From the NCBI GenBank assembly GCA_963675515.1, contig OY776328.1, forward strand, positions 900,001 through 932,000: DNA of 32,000 bases. The letters are read 5' to 3'. The DNA comes from Coprobacillaceae bacterium (GTDB taxonomy: Bacteria > Bacillota_I > Bacilli_A > Erysipelotrichales > Coprobacillaceae). Below the pieces are notes generated by a model. It was not told where the DNA came from. It was given only the letters and a program-made list of their open reading frames with translations, and searched no databases. The translations under genes were made by a program, and so were the position numbers. Shown here piece after piece: positions 27,025 through 32,000 of this stretch (position 1 is its first letter; each line of letters begins with the position of its first letter).

Positions 27025-27591
27025 TCAGGATTGTTCCGGTTTACTTGGTAATAATACCGAATTCAATATTATTGCCGATATCGATAAAAAAGATCCGGTA
27101 GCGGCGTAGCTAGTATATCCGCTTTTTACGGATGATAAAATCAAGATCGTTATAGTATTCAGCGAATACAAAATAAGTTTATTTCGAAGATCATTTCTCT
27201 CAAAAGTCCTTTTCCAAGGATTAATATTTATCAGCACAAATATTGAAAGAAATAGAAAGTACCCCAGGACATAGATCATAATTGAAGGCATAATGGAACT
27301 TAATAACATCCCAATTGACCAAATAATAATACCTAATAAGTAGCATCCAAAAGGTGTTTTGGAATGATACCCGGCATTGTTGGTCCTGAAGACAAGAAAA
27401 CACGATAGCATTATCAGGGATTCCAAAAATCTGCCGCTAAGTATCGAAATGATTAAATAACTAATGGAATTTAACGCAAATAATATTATAGCGGATAAAG
27501 CATATTCTATTTGCTGCATTTTGAATGCGTCATCAATGCAATTTTTTTGGCAAATTTTACGTGAAAGACGTGAAACAAATACGTGCAGCAT
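27025..27591 (-). CDS. agrB: AgrB-family AIP-processing membrane peptidase
   Basis: 188-aa polytopic protein. The motif FRTNNAGYHSKTPFGCY places a His and a Cys 7 residues apart, as in S. aureus AgrB (RRHAHGAHAPSSFWCY). Its ATG lies 1 nt after the kinase stop, with the GAGGTG RBS inside the kinase 3' end. Confidence 0.8.
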   Translation of the reverse strand: MLHVFVSRLSRKICQKNCIDDAFKMQQIEYALSAIILFALNSISYLIISILSGRFLESLIMLSCFLVFRTNNAGYHSKTPFGCYLLGIIIWSIGMLLSSIMPSIMIYVLGYFLFLSIFVLININPWKRTFERNDLRNKLILYSLNTITILILSSVKSGYTSYAATGSFLSISAIILNSVLLPSKPEQS

Positions 27592-27592
27592 T

Positions 27593-28861
27593 TTACACCT
27601 CAGTATTATAAATATAAATATTAATGTCTTGATGGGTTACCGCCGGGATTAGGATGGTAACTTTAAATGTTGCCTCCGTATAACTGACATCAATCATGCC
27701 ATCGTATTTTTTTACTATTCTTCTGATGTTTTTCAAACCGTAACCGTGATTAGCGCCACCCTTTCGTGAAAGGATTTTAGAATCACTTAAAATGATTTTT
27801 CCGTCAAATGTGTTCTCACAAATTATTCTAATCATTTTGTTTGGAAGTAGAGCTATTGATATACGAACCCTTTTATTCTCTGTGGTTTGAGCAGCTTCTA
27901 AAGCATTGGAAGTAATATTTCCAAATAATGAACACAAATCAAAATTATCGATGTGAGAAATGTCCGGAACTTCTAACTCGATATCGAGTGAAACGCCCAA
28001 TAAATTACTTTTACTGATAAAGTCACTTATTGTAGAGTCAAGGTAGATGTTTCCTGTATTCACAACGATAATTTTGTTGTCCATTTCCAATCCGATATTA
28101 TTGATATATTCTTCCAATTGAGTATATGACTTATTCGAGACAAGATGGCCAAGCGTGTTGAGGTGGAATTTTACGTCATGCTTCCATGATTTAAGGTGGT
28201 TGTATGATTTGATTGTTTTGTCATAAAGTTCGGTTCTGAGTTCATTCTCTTTAAGCAATAGGTCGATACTGTATTTTCTCGTTAAGTTTGTAATTAGTAT
28301 TCTTGTTTGAACAAATGAGATTAAATTGACTGCAAAAAGGGAGACAGTAATGACCAACAAATACAGATTATCTGAATTAAACTCTAAATAATGTCTTAAT
28401 ATAAATACCATGGATAAAACTGAAGCCAGTGGCACTACCATATATAAATAAACGTATCTTTCATTATTATCAAGATTGTTTGAATAAGAACCTCTGTTCA
28501 TTTGAAGAGAGATAAGAAACATCAGTATAAATATTATTGTTCTTGTAATAATCATCAGCAGTAATCTGATGAACTCTTCTCCCATCAGCTGCTGGACATC
28601 AATGCTTGAAAACGATGTTACCAGTGATATGGTAATCAATTCGACCAGGTTAAATATCAAAAAAGCAACAACTGGAACTAAAAATTTAAATAGAAAGCGC
28701 CCGCTGTAAAAAATCAGTGAATATAAGATATAAATTAGAAATACCAGCATTACTGCGCTTGAATTGTATTTTTGAATGGTAAACACAGTTAAAATTGCAG
28801 ATATAAAAATGAAAATTGCTGCGTTGATATAACGCATTGGAAGTTCTTTATTTACTAGCAT
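27593..28861 (-). CDS. agrC: AgrC-like (HPK10-type) membrane sensor histidine kinase
   Basis: 422 aa with about 6 N-terminal TM helices. H-box: WKHDVKFHLNTL. N-box: GNITSNALEAA. G-box: NHGYGLKNI. The RBS at 28861 is poor, so the start is uncertain (the alternative is the MRYIN Met). Confidence 0.8.
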   Translation of the reverse strand: MLVNKELPMRYINAAIFIFISAILTVFTIQKYNSSAVMLVFLIYILYSLIFYSGRFLFKFLVPVVAFLIFNLVELITISLVTSFSSIDVQQLMGEEFIRLLLMIITRTIIFILMFLISLQMNRGSYSNNLDNNERYVYLYMVVPLASVLSMVFILRHYLEFNSDNLYLLVITVSLFAVNLISFVQTRILITNLTRKYSIDLLLKENELRTELYDKTIKSYNHLKSWKHDVKFHLNTLGHLVSNKSYTQLEEYINNIGLEMDNKIIVVNTGNIYLDSTISDFISKSNLLGVSLDIELEVPDISHIDNFDLCSLFGNITSNALEAAQTTENKRVRISIALLPNKMIRIICENTFDGKIILSDSKILSRKGGANHGYGLKNIRRIVKKYDGMIDVSYTEATFKVTILIPAVTHQDINIYIYNTEV

Positions 28862-28978
28862 TGAATCAATAAAAAACAGGACGAGAAAGACATCTACTAA
28901 ACCCCCTGTGTTAGGATAGTTGTCGTATAGAACGTTTTAGATTATACTTAGTAAAAAGTATACCAAGGAGACCTAGCC

Positions 28979-29455
28979 ATGACCAAAACTTATACGACAG
29001 AAGAAAAAATCAAGATCATCAGTGAGGTTGAACCACCACTTAACAAGACGGTTGTTCAGATTGCTGAAGAAACCGGCATCAAGACGACTACACTATATTC
29101 TTGGAAAAGAAGATACCTCAAAAATCATTCAGTTTCTAAAATCAAAGAACGCTACAACAAGGAACAACGTTTCCATTTCATCGCTGAATCCGCTCCCCTC
29201 AGTGAACATGAGCTCGGTGAATATTGCCGCAAAAAAGGGATTCATCCTGATGAGTTGGTTAAGTGGAAGAAGGAATTCCTAAGCCCTGAAACCAAGTCCG
29301 ATTCTCTAAAAGATGACCTGCAAGCCGAACGGCAAAAGCGCAAAGAGCTGGAAAAACAATTGCGCCGCAAGGAAAAGGCATTAGCCGAGGCAGCTGCATT
29401 ACTGGTTCTTGAAAAAAAGCTCCAGGCAATTTGGGACGACAACGAGGAAGATTAA
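28979..29455 (+). CDS. IS3-family transposase OrfA (HTH plus leucine-zipper region)
   Basis: 158 aa with RBS AAGGAG. HTH: VVQIAEETGIKTTTLYSWKRRY. It has a coiled-coil C-terminus. The A7G slippery site lies near the 3' end. Confidence 0.85.
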   Translation: MTKTYTTEEKIKIISEVEPPLNKTVVQIAEETGIKTTTLYSWKRRYLKNHSVSKIKERYNKEQRFHFIAESAPLSEHELGEYCRKKGIHPDELVKWKKEFLSPETKSDSLKDDLQAERQKRKELEKQLRRKEKALAEAAALLVLEKKLQAIWDDNEED

Positions 29456-30507
29456 CGACTCTCAAATTGCGCAAAGAAATCGTTACGTTAATCAAAGAAG
29501 CGAACGCCAATGGTGCCCGCTTGATCCCGGCATGCAAGGTGGCAGGGATTTCGAAACGGACGTATGAAAGATGGACTCAAGAAGACAATATTTCCACTGA
29601 TAGGCGTAAAGAACCACGGCTAAATCCTCCAAAGAATAAGCTCAGCAATGAAGAACGCGAAGCTATAATGAGAATAGTTAACAGTCCTGATTATAGGCAA
29701 TTGACACCGGCTGAGATTGTTCCGTTACTGGCTGACAAAGGTATCTATATTGCTTCAGAATCAACCATCTACCGTCTATTAAGAGAGTTGAAACAATTGA
29801 AACATCGCGGCCGTACAGCCCCGAAGCACCACAGACAAGCCACCACCCATATTGCAATCAAACCGAACCAAGTTTGGAGTTGGGACATCACTTGGTTGCA
29901 CCGCAAGGATATCCGAGGAGTTTATTACAAGCTATACATGATAATGGACATCTTCAGCCGCAAAATTGTCGGGTACGAAGTATGGGAGACGGAAAACGCT
30001 GAATATTCCGCAATCCTGATGCAACGCACACTTTTAAGCGAACGAATCAATGGCGAACCGCTGGTCTTGCACTCCGATAACGGTGGTCCGATGAAGGCAG
30101 CTACATTTCTGGGGATGCTCGAGAATCTTGGTGTGCAAAGCTCATTTTCTAGACCGCGGGTAAGCAACGATAATCCATATTCTGAATCGTTGTTTAAGAC
30201 ATTTAAATATATGCCAAAATACCCCACAAGCGGTTTTGAATCACTCACACACGCTAGAAGCTGGGTCAATGAATTTGTACAATGGTACAACGAAATTCAC
30301 TTACACAGCGGAATCAAATACGTGACACCCGCCAGTCGCCATCGAGGGGAAGATGCTGCGATACTGCAAAAAAGGAAAGAAGTTTATGCTGAAGCTAAAA
30401 TGAAAAACCCTGAACGATGGAGTGGATCAGCCAGAGACTGGTCCTGGATTGAAGCAGTTGCCCTAAATCCGACAAAAGAAAGTGAATTATTGATCAACGA
30501 AGTTTAA
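29431..30507 (+). CDS. IS3-family transposase OrfB (rve DDE integrase core), expressed as an OrfAB fusion by -1 frameshifting
   Basis: It lies in frame -1 relative to orfA. DDE core: WSWDITW, LHSDNGGPM, NPYSESLFKTFK. Confidence 0.85.
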   Translation: MGRQRGRLTTLKLRKEIVTLIKEANANGARLIPACKVAGISKRTYERWTQEDNISTDRRKEPRLNPPKNKLSNEEREAIMRIVNSPDYRQLTPAEIVPLLADKGIYIASESTIYRLLRELKQLKHRGRTAPKHHRQATTHIAIKPNQVWSWDITWLHRKDIRGVYYKLYMIMDIFSRKIVGYEVWETENAEYSAILMQRTLLSERINGEPLVLHSDNGGPMKAATFLGMLENLGVQSSFSRPRVSNDNPYSESLFKTFKYMPKYPTSGFESLTHARSWVNEFVQWYNEIHLHSGIKYVTPASRHRGEDAAILQKRKEVYAEAKMKNPERWSGSARDWSWIEAVALNPTKESELLINEV

Positions 30508-30610
30508 CAAGCGCAACTCAAGAATTTGCATAATTAATATGAAAAAAATGCGTCAACTATATTGACAAATACCGTAAATTGATAATAATCTCAGACATTA
30601 AATACATGTG

Positions 30611-31318
30611 CTATCCTCCAAAAAATTTCAAAAACAGATTTTGTACATCTTTCATTTTTGATCTCCCTACCGGAATTGAGTCTCCGTTAGAAATTTGAAC
30701 ATACTGACTTTTAAACGAAGCCACATAGTTCAAATTTACAATGTATGACCTATGTATTCTAAACATATCATGGTCAATCAACAAATCTTCAATTTTTGAA
30801 ATTGGAATATTGATTTGCTTTTCTTCTTCTATCATATGAAATATGCAATTATGTTTATCTGACTCAACATACATAATGGATTTTGTATCTATCGTATAGT
30901 AACCGTTTGATGCGTCTAAACGAATTAATCTGTCGATGTTTTTTTGAAGAGAATTAGCAATCTGATCTAATGTTTTATTTAATCTAGTCTGGTTGACGGG
31001 CTTTACAATATAATCCAGCGCAGACACCTCATATCCATTGATTGCAAACTGGCTGTGTGAAGTAATAAAACATATTATGATATTCTTATTGTTTTTCCTG
31101 AGCTCTTTAGCAAATTCAATACCGGAAATTTCAGGAATTTCTATATCGAGTAGTGCCACATCGCAGTCCATTGCTTCTCCAGGAATCATGTATGATACTT
31201 TATTGGTAACGGTAAATTCTACAATGTTATTTGTGTTTTTTGCCCAATTGTCGATATATCCAATTAAAATGTCCCGGTCTATTTTAGAATCTTCAGCGAT
31301 GAAAAAACTAATGTTCAT
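30611..31318 (-). CDS. agrA: LytTR-family response regulator (AgrA-like)
   Basis: Start moved to MNISFFIAEDSK with RBS GAGAGGGG. The track start at 31447 adds 43 implausible residues. The receiver domain has DVALLDIEIP, and the C-terminal LytTR domain has IMYVESDKHNCIF...FRIHRSYIVNL. Confidence 0.85.
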   Translation of the reverse strand: MNISFFIAEDSKIDRDILIGYIDNWAKNTNNIVEFTVTNKVSYMIPGEAMDCDVALLDIEIPEISGIEFAKELRKNNKNIIICFITSHSQFAINGYEVSALDYIVKPVNQTRLNKTLDQIANSLQKNIDRLIRLDASNGYYTIDTKSIMYVESDKHNCIFHMIEEEKQINIPISKIEDLLIDHDMFRIHRSYIVNLNYVASFKSQYVQISNGDSIPVGRSKMKDVQNLFLKFFGG

Positions 31319-31632
31319 GTAATTATCCCCTCTCTCATTTTGTTTCAATTCTACATGATTGTAACATATATTTTGCAGTTTGTATAATTGTTCCGAACAT
31401 AAATCCGTCAATATAAAGGATACAGGAGAGTATTTTTGTATAAACATAATACATTACTTAATTAATCATCAAATACAGGTGAGCACGGTATTGGATTATT
31501 GTCGATTTTGAAAAATCACCAAATGTCGCGCATTTTGGATGTAGTAATATTTCTTCGTTACTGACTATGAACTCCAAGATGTATCTGTTGGCTAATTAAG
31601 AAACATTATTTTTTTGTTCAATTATTTTCTTT

Positions 31633-31726
31633 GGTGTTGTTGTTGGTGCAAAAATTTTGCTTTTCATGCTCAATAGTGGAATCTAAAGAAATTTGATGTT
31701 TAAAATTAATTATACTAAATGAGAGG
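31633..31726 (+). promoter_or_regulatory. agrD-like promoter with candidate LytTR direct repeats
   Basis: Direct repeats TTGGTGC (31643-31649) and TTCATGC (31663-31669) are 20 bp apart. The -10 box TATACT lies at 31711-31716 with no good -35, which suggests activator dependence. RBS GAGAGGAG follows. It is paralogous to 17971-18064. Confidence 0.45.
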
Positions 31727-31736
31727 AGATAATCGA

Positions 31737-31856
31737 ATGGAATCAAAAAAAGTTGTGAAATTTTTGATAAAAATATCACAGGCTGCTAGCGACATAACTT
31801 GCTGGGGTGCATTTTTTCAACCTGATGCGCCAAAACGAAAATTTATTTCAAAATAA
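31737..31856 (+). CDS. agrD: AgrD-like autoinducing-peptide precursor (39 aa, below the ORF-track size cut-off)
   Basis: The peptide is MESKKVVKFLIKISQAASDITCWGAFFQPDAPKRKFISK, with RBS GAGAGGAG 7-8 nt upstream. It has an amphipathic basic N-terminus. A single Cys is followed by 4 residues (CWGAF). The tail is aromatic-Q-P-x-x-P, comparable to L. plantarum LamD (CVGIW/FETKIPDE) and Listeria AgrD (CFMFV/YEPKSP) as I recall them. Confidence 0.65.
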   Translation: MESKKVVKFLIKISQAASDITCWGAFFQPDAPKRKFISK

Positions 31857-32000
31857 GTGGGATCTATAAATGATTATTTGAATGACCATATTACACAGGC
31901 TGCAATTCTATGGGGTTGCGAAAATACGGTAACTGATATGAAATGACTAATTTGTTGGATTATTAAGCGGCTAAATTTAGAAATTTCACAACCAAAATCC

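Larger units (their letters stand above)
28907..30569 (+). mobile_element. IS3-family insertion sequence (ends approximate)
   Basis: orfA and orfB overlap in the -1 frame with a slippery A-AAA-AAG at 29413-29419. Imperfect terminal repeats are TGTGTTAGGATAGTTGTCG (28907-) and CGTCAACTATATTGACAAA (-30569), about 14 of 19 complementary. I could not confirm a target duplication. GC content is visibly higher than the surrounding DNA. Confidence 0.75.

Noticed and set aside
31885-31930. Possible decayed second copy of the agrD core downstream of the agrD-like gene
   Set aside because: ATATTACACAGGCTGC...TATGGGGTTGC resembles ATATCACAGGCTGC...TGCTGGGGTGC of the agrD-like gene. The match is short, needs gaps and keeps no reading frame. 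It cannot be told apart from chance without a proper alignment.
1-32000. Scan for rRNA, tRNA, CRISPR arrays or large tandem repeats
   Set aside because: I saw no cloverleaf-type or rRNA-like conserved stretches and no regularly spaced short repeats. The only long repeat is the fucO 3' duplication.

Overview
This looks like a low-GC Gram-positive (Bacillota-type) chromosome segment, judged from AGGAGG-type RBSs and hairpin plus T-run terminators. It has two very different halves.

Bases 1-17,100 look like core genome. They hold a LysR regulator fragment and a MerR-controlled reductase module (AKR-ferredoxin fusion, SDR, MerR, AKR) driven by two divergent 19-bp-spacer MerR-type promoters. They also hold a rhamnoside/L-rhamnose utilisation locus: AraC regulator, orphan PTS EIIC, cytoplasmic GH78 alpha-L-rhamnosidase, secreted esterase, a second AraC regulator, then rhaB-rhaA-rhaD-fucO.

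From about 17,100 to the window end the DNA becomes visibly AT-rich and accessory.

(i) About 9.2 kb is bracketed by a diverged ~620-bp direct repeat of the fucO 3' end plus its terminator. The right copy is a frameshifted, stop-containing remnant. This segment carries a circularin A-like circular bacteriocin precursor (77 aa). It also carries the usual maturation and immunity set: a small cationic membrane protein, a large polytopic membrane protein, a DUF95/SpoIIM-like protein and an ABC ATPase.

Three IS insertions break the cluster. An IS6-like element sits between the structural gene and the maturation genes. An IS1595-like element splits the large membrane protein gene, and a second IS1595-like element is nested inside the first. 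All three have clean 8-bp target-site duplications. Removing them in silico restores one in-frame ~565-codon gene.

(ii) An agr-type quorum-sensing locus follows in a non-canonical order. A LytTR response regulator, an IS3 insertion, an AgrC-like kinase and AgrB lie on the minus strand. A 39-aa AgrD-like propeptide gene, too short for the ORF track, is transcribed divergently.

The agrD-like promoter contains a pair of direct repeats spaced ~20 bp apart. It has a collinear ~75%-identical paralogue inside the bacteriocin segment, which hints that quorum sensing is wired to the bacteriocin region. I found no rRNA, tRNA or CRISPR array.
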